The notes beneath the pieces are model-generated. The model was given only the letters and a program-made list of their open reading frames with translations. It made no database searches and was not told where the DNA came from. This document shows positions 27,342 through 37,032 of a stretch of 64,000 bases of DNA, piece after piece; positions within the stretch are counted from its first letter, which is position 1, and each line of letters begins with the position of its first letter. The position numbers and the translations under genes were made by a program. This DNA comes from an uncultured Chloroflexia bacterium (GTDB lineage Bacteria > Chloroflexota > Chloroflexia > QHBQ01 > JADMIH01): contig CAWCNY010000004.1 of the NCBI GenBank assembly GCA_963797095.1, forward strand, positions 512,001 through 576,000. Direction: 5' to 3'.

Positions 27342-30326
27342 CTACCACCCGCCGCTGGACGAGCCGCCGCCTCCCCAGCTTCCACCGGAAGAGTGCCCCC
27401 CTCCGAAACCGCCGGAGGAGGAACCTCCATGCCCAAATCCCCCGCTGGACGAGCCGCCGCCTCCCCAGCTTGAACCGCCGCCACTACTGCCGCCACCGCC
27501 ACCTCCCCAACTCCAGCCGCCACCGCCCCTGTGGTGACCACCTCCGCCGCCTCCCCAACCCCAGCCGATGAATCCGCCCCCACCGTAGTCGCGCCGCCTC
27601 CGTTCTTCTTCCTCGGCTTCTTGTTCGGTTTTGTACTGGACTACATCGCCATGCGCTTCCTGGTTTGCTTGCTGGGCGAGCGACTGGGCGTTGCGCGCGG
27701 CATCCATAATGCTGTGTATTTCATCAACGCCGGCTCCGTCTCTCCACTGAGGTAATGCATCCTGGGCCTGTCTTAGCAACTCTTTGGCGCGATGGCTTAC
27801 TTCTGAGCCATGCATGTTCATGTAGAAGTTGGCCTGCTCGATAGCCTGGGATGCTTCGTGGAGGGTGGCGTACGCTTGACTGCGGAGGTTCTCCATCGCT
27901 TGAAACTGCTGTTGCGCTGCGCCGTACACTTTGTCCGCTTCGGCCTGGGCTGTGCCAAGCTGTGTTGCAAGCTGGTTCAGAGCCTGCGCGAGCGCCAAAT
28001 CCTCCAGTCCGGAGCTTCCAATCTGCTGTATATTCGCCTGGATCTGTTCGAGATTTGCCTGGGTCGCTTGCAGGTCGCGGAAGAGGGCAGGGTCGAGGTC
28101 GGTGCGATGCACAGTTGCGAAGTTGGCTGCGCGGCTGAGGGCTGCTATGGCCTGCTGGCCAGTGGTGTTTACCTTCAGCCTGAACGCCTGCATGGCCTCT
28201 TCCTGGCTTCGGGCGTCGGCGAGTGCCTTGTCGGCAGTATCGTTGGCTGACCGGGCCTGGCGCACAACTGCAATCCAATCGGGTTTATCTTTTGCTGATT
28301 CGGCCTTCGCTTCGGATAGGAGACTCGCTGCTTCCTTGAGCATGTCTGATGGCCTGGGTGTGATGTCCTTGTCGTACTGTGCGACGAAGGTCTGACCCGC
28401 TTCGATATCATGTTGAGCGGTATCTATCTCGGTGCTCGCGGTGCGCTTGCTCTCCTCGATGTTCTTCAGCCGCTCCAGGATGGCTGTGACCAGGTCTCTC
28501 GCTTTTTTGATAAAGCTATCGGCCTGCGCCGCCAGATCAGCAGCCTTTTCGAAGTCCTGCTCCCCACCGGGTGTGAGGGCATTGAGATCCGAAGCCTGCT
28601 GCCACAATTCCTGAGCACTATTGGCGGCTTTCTGAGCTTCGGTGCCGTTGCCTTTTATGTCCACCCAGGAACTTTCGGCGTATTCGTCCACTTGGTCGAA
28701 TGCTTGCGCGCCTTGCCGGATGTAGTCTTTGAGTTCTTCGCCGGCCTTCTGGAGCGCAGACAGAGCCTGCTCATTGGACTTGTGAAGGGCAACCAGCGCA
28801 TCGACTGTAGAGCGCGCCTTACCGAGACCTTCGTCAGTGCTCTTCATGATGTTGTCGAACACAGCCGAGTCGCCGCTTTCCTCCAACCCTTTCGCGGCGC
28901 GCGCTAGAAGGCTTAGCAGGCTGGCTGAGTGGTCGCCTGAGCGCGCGAGCTTATAGCCGTTTTTGCGATACTCTGCTACGGCGCTTCGGAAGCCTGCTAA
29001 TGCGTTATAGGAAGTAGCGATGTGCTGGATAGAGGCAGAAATCCGGTCAGATAACTCGTGGGCTGAGGTGGCCGCGTCATAGGCGGCCAGTGGATGTGCA
29101 GGCCTGGCTGCAAGCGCTTGCAGGGCCTGAGAGATGAGCGCGGAGATACGTGCAGTCGCTTTGTTGGGGTCGGGTTTGTAGAGGTCTGGGGCCGCCGCAG
29201 CTAACCGTTCCAGGCTATTGGTCACTGCGGCCAGGGCTTTTTTTGCTTCTTCGACCTCCCCCGGAGCAGTAGCGACCTGGTTTTCGACCTGTCTGCTCCG
29301 TTCGGCGATTTCCTTGAGGAAAGTTGCTGCCGCGTTGATTTCGGTTTGTACTGATTGATATTGTGCGATGCCTGCCGTCAACTCTTCTTCGGTTGTGTAC
29401 TTCGCTTCGTTGGCCGCGTTGTAGTTCGCCAACGCGGCTGACACCCGGTCGTACATAGCATGATAGCTTGCCTGTAGCTTTGCCAGTTCGTCGGGGCGCT
29501 CGTTACCGAGGGCGAGGGCCAGGAAGCGGTATTGTAGCTGCTCGTTGGGGTCGGCGGGGAAGTCGAGGTCGGTGATCATGTCGGCGGCGACATTGCGTGC
29601 CTGGAGAAGTTGGTCCTGCAAGGTGCGCTTGCGAGCCGCAGCCTCTTGCGCTCGCCGCCATGCCCTCCATATGATTGGCCCCAGCACAGCAATCAGGCCA
29701 AGCACGATAATGATACCTAAGGCCCATAGAAGCGCCATGCCTAACCCGCTTGTGTCGATGTTGGTGATTACCGACGGCTGAGGTGTGGCCGTGGGCGCCG
29801 GTGTGGGCGGGTTCCTGAAGAGGTCTATTTTTGTGGCGGCGGTTGTAAAGGTATCTACGAATGCGCCGGTGTAGTCGCCAGCCGCAAGTTTGGGCTGCAT
29901 ATTGCCGGTGCGCAGAGAGGTGCCCAAGCCTTGCCCGTCAGGAGGGTCGGCCATGATCGAGTTCAGATCGTCGCCCCAGAGGACCGTGATTTGCCTGGGG
30001 CTGAGCGTGACTACTATGGCTAACAGGTCCGGGTCTACGGTCTGGTCGGAAACATTAGCGAGGCCGTAATTCTCAGCGACTTTACGAGCAAAGAGGTCGC
30101 TATCGTCGCCCGTGCGGGTTTGTAAGAGGGCGGCGAGTGGCTTGATCCCCAGGTACTTTAGCAAATCTGCGGCATTATTGATGGTGCTTACGTTGAGGTT
30201 GCCGGTGAGGTCGGCAACCACACCCACAAGCGGAGGAAAGGTCTGTGCGTAGGCGGCAGACCCCATCGCGAGAAGGTATGCGCCCACGATCAAGAGGGCA
30301 AGAAACAGCCTGAGTCTTCTTAGCAT
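27342..30326 (-). CDS. TPM-domain-like membrane protein with long helical region and Gly-rich tail
   Basis: Signal peptide, TPM-like ectodomain (PKLAAGDYTGAF), one TM, Ala/Gln-rich helices, GGGGSSSGGW end. Confidence 0.75.
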   Translation of the reverse strand: MLRRLRLFLALLIVGAYLLAMGSAAYAQTFPPLVGVVADLTGNLNVSTINNAADLLKYLGIKPLAALLQTRTGDDSDLFARKVAENYGLANVSDQTVDPDLLAIVVTLSPRQITVLWGDDLNSIMADPPDGQGLGTSLRTGNMQPKLAAGDYTGAFVDTFTTAATKIDLFRNPPTPAPTATPQPSVITNIDTSGLGMALLWALGIIIVLGLIAVLGPIIWRAWRRAQEAAARKRTLQDQLLQARNVAADMITDLDFPADPNEQLQYRFLALALGNERPDELAKLQASYHAMYDRVSAALANYNAANEAKYTTEEELTAGIAQYQSVQTEINAAATFLKEIAERSRQVENQVATAPGEVEEAKKALAAVTNSLERLAAAAPDLYKPDPNKATARISALISQALQALAARPAHPLAAYDAATSAHELSDRISASIQHIATSYNALAGFRSAVAEYRKNGYKLARSGDHSASLLSLLARAAKGLEESGDSAVFDNIMKSTDEGLGKARSTVDALVALHKSNEQALSALQKAGEELKDYIRQGAQAFDQVDEYAESSWVDIKGNGTEAQKAANSAQELWQQASDLNALTPGGEQDFEKAADLAAQADSFIKKARDLVTAILERLKNIEESKRTASTEIDTAQHDIEAGQTFVAQYDKDITPRPSDMLKEAASLLSEAKAESAKDKPDWIAVVRQARSANDTADKALADARSQEEAMQAFRLKVNTTGQQAIAALSRAANFATVHRTDLDPALFRDLQATQANLEQIQANIQQIGSSGLEDLALAQALNQLATQLGTAQAEADKVYGAAQQQFQAMENLRSQAYATLHEASQAIEQANFYMNMHGSEVSHRAKELLRQAQDALPQWRDGAGVDEIHSIMDAARNAQSLAQQANQEAHGDVVQYKTEQEAEEEERRRRDYGGGGFIGWGWGGGGGGHHRGGGGWSWGGGGGGSSGGGSSWGGGGSSSGGFGHGGSSSGGFGGGHSSGGSWGGGGSSSGGW

Positions 30327-30357
30327 TAGTTGGTGACCTGGATAGCTTGTTGGGTTG

Positions 30358-30942
30358 CTAGCTCCGGGCGTTAGGGCGCGGGCCCATACCCTGGCTGCCC
30401 TGAGTTGTGATAGTTCCAAGTGCGCGGGTGCGGCGCTGCAACTGCTCGTTCGCCTTTTGGAAGTACGCATCGAGCAGTAGGCGTGCATCACGCAGCCGAT
30501 CGAGGGCATCACTATATGCCTGGGAAACCGTATCGAGGATCAGCCCCTCAAGCATGCCCGCGACCTGGGAATTGTTCCTGAATGGGAGCGTGGCATCGTT
30601 GATTTGTGGGTTCTGGGGAGTGCCCAGGCTTACCAGAGTATCAACAGCGAGATCCTCGGAACTTTTCTGGAGTGCGTTGGCAACTACCATAACACTGTTG
30701 CGGGCGTTAACGATATCAACTCCCGTAGCGCCCACACCAAACAGCAATTGAGAATGGTATGCAAGCCTCTGGGCAAGCACATCAGCTTGCTCTGTGATGA
30801 TGCGTGCTATATCCCCGGGAAGATCGAACGGCTGTTGGGGTTGGCCGTCTGCCGATGGGGCCGGTGCCTGGGGTTGTGCTGTATCTGGGGGAGCCTGATT
30901 GGTAGGTCTATCAGGCGAATTCGGCGTGGTACCTGTGGTCAT
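30358..30942 (-). CDS. Hypothetical protein, 194 aa
   Basis: GGAGGAAAGGA upstream of ATG; co-oriented with the TPM gene. Confidence 0.65.
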   Translation of the reverse strand: MTTGTTPNSPDRPTNQAPPDTAQPQAPAPSADGQPQQPFDLPGDIARIITEQADVLAQRLAYHSQLLFGVGATGVDIVNARNSVMVVANALQKSSEDLAVDTLVSLGTPQNPQINDATLPFRNNSQVAGMLEGLILDTVSQAYSDALDRLRDARLLLDAYFQKANEQLQRRTRALGTITTQGSQGMGPRPNARS

Positions 30943-31269
30943 TCCTTTCCTCCCGCTGTTTTATCCCCTTGTTTGTACTACAATCCGTGCGCGAATGCAA
31001 CAGCGGTGCTCTCCTTCCATTCCGTCTGTTATTGTGGAAAACTGCCGATGTTCGACATTGACGGCAAGTATGGGCAGAAGTATACTGAATTCACTTCAGA
31101 AGTGCTGAGCTTCAGGAGTAACAGAGGCCCGGATGATCCGTCAGGACTGTCTGGGTTTTCTGTTTAAGATGTTCTTTTGTCCACGGCCCGTAGTGTATTG
31201 TGATGTGGCGGCGTGGACTCGCCCTCATATACTAAGTGACGTTTGTGGGACAAAACGGGACAGGTTTTG

Positions 31270-31451
31270 GGTTCTTCGTCACTTTTGGTGAAGCATGCCT
31301 AACAACGTGGATCTATTGCTGGTGAGCGCCGATATACTGTCGAATCCGCGTGCCTCTGCGTCACCATGCCGGTTGTAGCATGCCCTGAAGGCTCTTGGGC
31401 CACCGCTTTGAGCGATTTGCTTCCCTGGTTCACCAAAAGTGACGAAGAGCC
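31270..31451. mobile_element. ISL3-type MITE, 182 bp
   Basis: 23-bp IR GGYTCTTCGTCACTTTTGGTGAA; 8-bp direct repeat AGGTTTTG at 31262-31269 and 31452-31459; no transposase. Confidence 0.82.
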
Positions 31452-31474
31452 AGGTTTTGGGGTGTACTTCGGTA

Positions 31475-33169
31475 GTAAGCTCTCAGATTAAGGGTGGGAG
31501 GGCTGGGAGAGGAGGGCCAAGCACTGGTCAAAGGGGTTGAGACCCTTAGCTCGCCAGGTGCCGAACAGGGTAGCCAACGTCATCCGGGTGGCTGATCCCT
31601 TGGGCGATTGACTACCACCTGATACCTTGCGCATCACCACCACAGGACGGATTGACCGTTCCGCCAGGTTGTTGTCAGAGGATAAGGTGGGCACTATCAC
31701 GAACTGGAATAACTCCTCCTGGTGGCGCAGCAGTCTCTTGCACAAGGTGTGGCATGGGTGCCTGCTCTTTGGGGGCCGTTACCGTTCTTGCCCCCGCCCC
31801 CGCCCCCGCCCCCGCCCCTGCCCCCGCCCTGTGGCCCTTGTTTGCCCCCGCCCTGTGGCCCGAACTCCTTGGCATCGGCATACTGCGCACCTAGCTTGGC
31901 AACCCCTTCCACCAACCGCCGGTACTCTCTTACACGCTGCTCCCACTTGTGTGGCTCTTTTGTGGCTTCGTCTGCAGTGGGAGGGCCAAGTTCGTGTTCT
32001 TCCAACAGCTTATGGGCATCATCGTACAGTGCTCGCACTCCCCTGGCCCATTCATGCACTTCCTCGTTAGTGGGGTTAGTGGGGTTGGTAGGGTTGGTAG
32101 GGTTGGTAGGGTTGGTAGGGTTGGTAGGGTTGGTAGGGTTGGTAGGGTTGATGGGGTTGATGGGGTGCTCCTCTTTCAGCTTATGCAAATCACGGAGCAG
32201 ATGTGCCCAGCACCGCTGGTGCTCTCCTGGGAAGTCGTTGTAGCCACCGTAGAAGTCACTCGACATTACTTGACCCTTTTCCCCAAAGTTAGACCCCATT
32301 ATTCGTTTGGCTACCGCTCCCCCTCGGCTCTGGTCGTACTCGTACAATCGCTCTCCATCGGGCGTGAAGAAGCCCCAGATATAGCCGTTTTGTCCCCCTT
32401 CTCGCCAGGTGGTTTCGTCACCATGTACCACATGGCTATGGCTCCTTCGAACCCTCTTCTTTATGGAGGCAGCAGCCTCCTTCAGAGGTTCGGCTTGCAC
32501 CATTCGATGCAACAACTCCACAACCTCACCCGAAGAGATGGTCAACTTGTGTATGGTGTACAGGTACTCTTTTATGAGGAGGAGGGGGCATCCTCAACGA
32601 TGTGCGCAGATGAGCTATGAGGGAGGCGATACGCACCCCCATTCTGCCTTGCCCAATCACCTGACCTGTAAGGTCGACAGTGGGGTAGTGCCACCTCCCA
32701 CAACGAGCACACCACCCCTTGAATAGCTGGTGCTCGGTGACTTGCACAGGAGGGGGTGGAGGGAGTTCTATCACCTGGCGTCTGGAGGCGAGTTGGTGCT
32801 GACGAAGGGTGTAGCCACAATCGGGACACTGCTGCAGGTGGTGCTCAATTGTTGAGGTGGGCGATTGTTCACGGCGGCGGGCACCATTGTGCTCTTTAGC
32901 TCTGGGGCGTCTGGGAGGCTTTGGGGTGTTGTTCTTCTTGGGAGTGGAGGGCTTGACGAATGATGGGGCACCTGGCGAGCCAGAGCCAGAGGCTAGCTGT
33001 GTCTGCATCTGCTCCAACCTGGCTTCCAACTCGGCGATGCGCTCCAGAGCAAGGCGCAATTGCTCTTTGAGTTGTGCATTCTCTGCCCGCAGATGGGCTA
33101 GTTCTTCTTCCAGGTTCATACTTCATAGAATACAGTGGAAATTGCTCCACCTCAAGTCTGACCGCATAC
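31475..33169 (-). mobile_element. IS66-family element copy 2, 1695 bp
   Basis: Same IRs; differs from copy 1 by three extra 9-bp repeats, one extra C near 32585 and a few substitutions. Confidence 0.92.
31488..33119 (-). pseudogene. IS66 transposase, two frame breaks
   Basis: ORF pieces 32526-33119, 31697-32545 and 31488-31745. Confidence 0.85.
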
Positions 33170-33174
33170 CTTGC

Positions 33175-34477
33175 TAGGGCTGTGTCAAGAAAGGTGAAAG
33201 TGTGAATCCATCGAGTAGAATCACTCCAAGCTCTGGAACAGCGAAGGAGGACCGCCTCAATGGATTCACATCAGTATACCAGCTTGCTGGAGGCATTAGC
33301 GCACGTACCTGACCCACGCAAGGCGAAAGGTAAGGAGCACGAGTGGAGGGTAGTGATGGCTGTGTTATGTGCAGCAGTGGCTGGTGGACAGCGCAGCGTG
33401 AGGGGAATTGCTCAATGGGCAAAAGAACATGAAGCCGAACTTATTCACCATCTGCAACCAACCAGGCAGCATCTACCAAGCGCAGCCACTCTCTACCGAG
33501 TAATGCGTAGCGTTGACGTAGCAAGCGTGGAAAACCATCTTGCTCACTTTTCATATTCGCAGGAGTGTGCCCGTGATAAGCACAATGCTCAAGATAATCG
33601 AAGAAGGCGGCAGCAACTCGTGGAAGGCGGCAGCAACTCGTGGGGCAATCGGTAGATGGTAAGGAATTACGCGGGGCACGAGCACATGGTCGCCCAATCT
33701 GCCTGGTGAGCCTGGTACGACACGGCACAGGTCGCGTGCTGGCGCAGCGAGCGGTAGAGCAAAAGAGCAATGAAATCAAGGCTGTGCCCTACCTGCTCCA
33801 AGGGCAAGACCTCCGAGGCACAGTCACTACGATGGATGCTCTGCTCACTCAACGAGCTATTGCCCAGCAGATAGTGAGTGGAGGGGGGCATTACTTGATG
33901 GTGGTCAAGGCCAATCAAGGGGAGTTATATCTGGCTACCGAAGAATTGTTTGCTTGCCCACCCTGGCTGGCACACGAGAAGGCAGCCAACTATCGAAGCT
34001 ACACCAAAGTGGAGAAGGGACATGGGCGACTAGAGAAGCGCACGTTGGAAAGCAGCCCGGCAATGCGAGAGTATATGCAGGAGTATCTGCATTGGCCAGC
34101 TGGGGCGCAGGTGATGAGGCGCACCTGTCAGAGAGTGACCCTTTCGAGCGGGGAGATCAGTGAGGAGGTCAAGTATGGGGTCACGAGCTTGAGGTGGGAA
34201 GAGGCTGATGTCGCCGAGTTGGAAAGGCTGTGGAGAGGACATTGGACCATCGAGAATCGGGTACACCATGTGCGTGATGTCACGATGGGCGAGGACCAAA
34301 ATCAGATGAGGGTGGGCAATGCTCCCCAGGTGCTGGCGGCGCTGCGCAATGCTATCCTTAACCTGGTACGTTCCAAAGGCTGGACTAACATCGCCGATGG
34401 CCTACGTCATTATGGAGCCTTCGTGCATCGTGCCCTAGCCCTCGTTACCTCCCTTAATCTTCCTTGACACAGCCCTA
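33175..34477 (+). mobile_element. ISAs1-family element, 1303 bp
   Basis: IRs TAGGGCTGTGTCAAG; 10-bp TSD CATACCTTGC / CATACATTGC (one mismatch). Confidence 0.92.
33260..34467 (+). pseudogene. ISAs1 transposase frameshifted by a 20-bp tandem duplication
   Basis: VPDPR, DGKELRG, KSNEI, TMDAL, GHGRLEKR, RGHWTIENRVHHVRDV; GAAGGCGGCAGCAACTCGTG x2 at 33603-33642. Confidence 0.88.
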
Positions 34478-34496
34478 CATACATTGCATTCCAAAA

Positions 34497-34525
34497 TTGA
34501 CACCCGCACACAGGATTGGTATAAT
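34497..34525 (+). promoter_or_regulatory. Consensus sigma70 promoter of tRNA-Gln
   Basis: TTGACA, 17-bp spacer ending TGG, TATAAT. Confidence 0.9.
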
Positions 34526-34543
34526 GAGTGCGCGCAATCGCGT

Positions 34544-34617
34544 TGGGGCGTCGTCTAACGGTAGGACAGCTGACTCTGGATCAGTAAGTTGAGGTTCGAA
34601 TCCTTGCGCCCCAGCCA
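34544..34617 (+). tRNA. tRNA-Gln(CTG)
   Basis: TGGGGCG acceptor stem, anticodon arm GCTGA-CTCTGGA-TCAGT, GGTTCGAATCC, encoded CCA; 74 nt. Confidence 0.96.
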
Positions 34618-34630
34618 TCAGAATACGCAC

Positions 34631-34667
34631 GAAAACGGCCCCTACAATATAGATCGGGGCCTTTTCT
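34631..34667 (+). terminator. Terminator after tRNA-Gln
   Basis: GGCCCC...GGGGCC followed by TTTTCT. Confidence 0.55.
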
Positions 34668-34986
34668 ATGATTCCTAGAGCCAATCATGTAGCCAATGTT
34701 CTAACCCTGCTTCAACTGCATTCCTGCATTGTAATAAGATGTGAGCCTCTCGATTTTCTAATTTTACGCGCAAATTGGAGCCTTAGTGTTCTAAACTGGG
34801 GCTCTCGTCATGTCTTTGACAGCTACGCCGACAGCGGTAGTGCTGCAAGGATCAAAGACGTCTAGTGGTGAAACGTGCGCATCTGGTCCATGATGCTGTT
34901 GAGCCACTAATTGTTGCAACACTATCACCGGGCTTGTACAATATCCCATCCTCTGAGTTGGCATAAAAAAGAGTCGAAATCTTACG

Positions 34987-35847
34987 ATGACATCTGCAAG
35001 AATCGGAATAATCATTGGAGCCCTGCTAAGTACGGTATCTTATTTTGTTTACATTGCCTTACTGCATGAGCCCGGTTCAGTGTTTTATGGATTTGCAGCG
35101 CTTGTTTTCTTTGGCTGTCCGCTTATTTCAGGGATTATCGCCACATCCAAAACGCAGAAGTACAAGGTGAAGCGCTTCTTTGCTTGCAGTGGTCTTGTAT
35201 TCGGAACCACACTGCTCTTGTTTATCGTGACCTACGCGGTGCTTCCGCAATTCGACCGCGCAAATGTGCAACTGCCCGCATCGTACGACGGTTTCGATGG
35301 TGTGCTCGCCCTGCCGCCCCAACTGACCTACGCTCTGCCCGATGGGAAAGGCGGCATTTTACTCACGGAGAGCGTGGAGTCCGTGCTTGCGGTCACAATC
35401 GACGGTGATCGTCCGCCGTTTGCAAGCACAACATACCTCATCCGCAAGAGCGACAATGCAATCCTGGGACAAATGCATTTCAATAATGATGTTGTGATCG
35501 CCTCAATCGATAAGGAAACAGTGTATCTTTACAACGACAAGCTGGGATACCTCATTGATGAGCGCACCGGCAAATTTGAGGAGAACATCTTGCTCATCGA
35601 CAACTACGGCTGGCTTACCGAAACGGATAGACCCATCATCGGGCACGCCACCTCGGGCAATTGGTATCTTGAAACGACCGCTGTAGTATCAAGCTGGAGT
35701 ACCAACGGCTTGGTGAAATCCCGCCCCCACTTGAAGATGAACGGCATCGCGCGAGGCTGCTTCGTATCTGGCGCGACCGGCGAGGTTATTCCTCTCGGGC
35801 CGCGTAGTAAAAGCAATCATTTTTCACTCGCTAAGCGAAAGTCCTAA
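34987..35847 (+). CDS. Hypothetical membrane protein
   Basis: 286-aa ORF with three N-terminal hydrophobic segments. Confidence 0.6.
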   Translation: MTSARIGIIIGALLSTVSYFVYIALLHEPGSVFYGFAALVFFGCPLISGIIATSKTQKYKVKRFFACSGLVFGTTLLLFIVTYAVLPQFDRANVQLPASYDGFDGVLALPPQLTYALPDGKGGILLTESVESVLAVTIDGDRPPFASTTYLIRKSDNAILGQMHFNNDVVIASIDKETVYLYNDKLGYLIDERTGKFEENILLIDNYGWLTETDRPIIGHATSGNWYLETTAVVSSWSTNGLVKSRPHLKMNGIARGCFVSGATGEVIPLGPRSKSNHFSLAKRKS

Positions 35848-35889
35848 GTCGTCTTACCGGAGTAATGGCCACCAAAGGAGCACCAACAA

Positions 35890-36912
35890 ATGTCACCCTA
35901 TTCACCCAAGCGGCAAGCCCCGAAAGGCCAAAAGCCAAACAGATCGGTCACACCGCTCATACACTGGCTGCTTGATTCTGACCCTTCGATCCGCTGGCAG
36001 GTGATGCGAGACCTGATCGATGCGCCAGCGGATGAGGTCGCTGCCGAACGCGCGCGAGTCGCCACCGAGGGCTGGGGCGCTCGGCTGCTCGCCCTTCAGG
36101 GGGTCGACGGGTCGTGGGGTGGCACGGCATGGAACCACGGGTGGGACTCTACTATGCACGTCCTATCCTTGCTACGAGAAATGGGTCTCGATCCAGCAAG
36201 CGACGAGGCGCATCGTGCCGTAGGCCTGGTCCGCGACCGCGTAAGATGGATGGGATGGGACTGGGACGGCACCTGGCGCGGATGGGACTTTGTCGGTAAT
36301 CCCTTCTTCGCGGGCGAGGTCGAGCCGTGCATCAACGGGCAAGTGGGAGCGAGCGGAGCCTACTTCGGCCAGGACATCCAGCGCATCATCAACCGCCTGC
36401 TCGCCGAGCAGTTGCCCGACGGCGGCTGGAACTGCGAAGTCGAGAACGGCTCGACGCGGTCGTCGTTCAACACCACTATCTGCGTGCTGGAAGCCCTGCT
36501 CGAATACGAATCGGCGGGCGCAATTAGCGGGCGTAGGGCCGAGGTGAGGGAAGCCCACCTCCGAGGTGAGGAGTACCTCCTTGAGCGCCGCCTACTCCGC
36601 AGGCTATCGACCGGTGAGGTTATCGATCCCGCCTTTACACGCTTCTCCTTCCCGACCTGGTGGCACTACGATGTGCTGCGCGGACTTGAGTACCTGCGTC
36701 GAGCGGGCGCCGCGCCGGATGAGCGCTTGGTCGAGGCTATCGAGCTGGTCGAGTCGAAGCGCGACGACGACGGGCGGTGGCCGCTCGAGAACCGGCACCC
36801 CGGCACCATGCCGATCGAGGTGGACGAGGGGGAGGGCCAACCGAGCCGGTGGAACACGTTGCGCGCCTTACGGGTGTTGGACTGGTATTCACGGTATTCA
36901 GCACGAGAGTAG
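35890..36912 (+). CDS. Prenyltransferase/squalene-cyclase-repeat (QW) protein
   Basis: WLLDSDPSIRWQV, QGVDGSWG, QLPDGGWNCE; AAGGAG RBS. Confidence 0.75.
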   Translation: MSPYSPKRQAPKGQKPNRSVTPLIHWLLDSDPSIRWQVMRDLIDAPADEVAAERARVATEGWGARLLALQGVDGSWGGTAWNHGWDSTMHVLSLLREMGLDPASDEAHRAVGLVRDRVRWMGWDWDGTWRGWDFVGNPFFAGEVEPCINGQVGASGAYFGQDIQRIINRLLAEQLPDGGWNCEVENGSTRSSFNTTICVLEALLEYESAGAISGRRAEVREAHLRGEEYLLERRLLRRLSTGEVIDPAFTRFSFPTWWHYDVLRGLEYLRRAGAAPDERLVEAIELVESKRDDDGRWPLENRHPGTMPIEVDEGEGQPSRWNTLRALRVLDWYSRYSARE

Positions 36913-37032
36913 CCCAAATACCGCACTTGCGCCAGCGCGCCACCGCGCCCACAGTCTATTAGAGCGAGATCGCCAGATGGTTCGATCCCACAAGCATAAC
37001 GGGGGATCTAACGTGAGGGATCCTTGTAGGTT

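Noticed and set aside
20818-34482. Composite transposon made of the two IS66 copies
   Set aside because: The outer flanks (TACCGAAG, ATTGCATT) are not a direct repeat; the TSDs pair crosswise, indicating two insertions plus an inversion.
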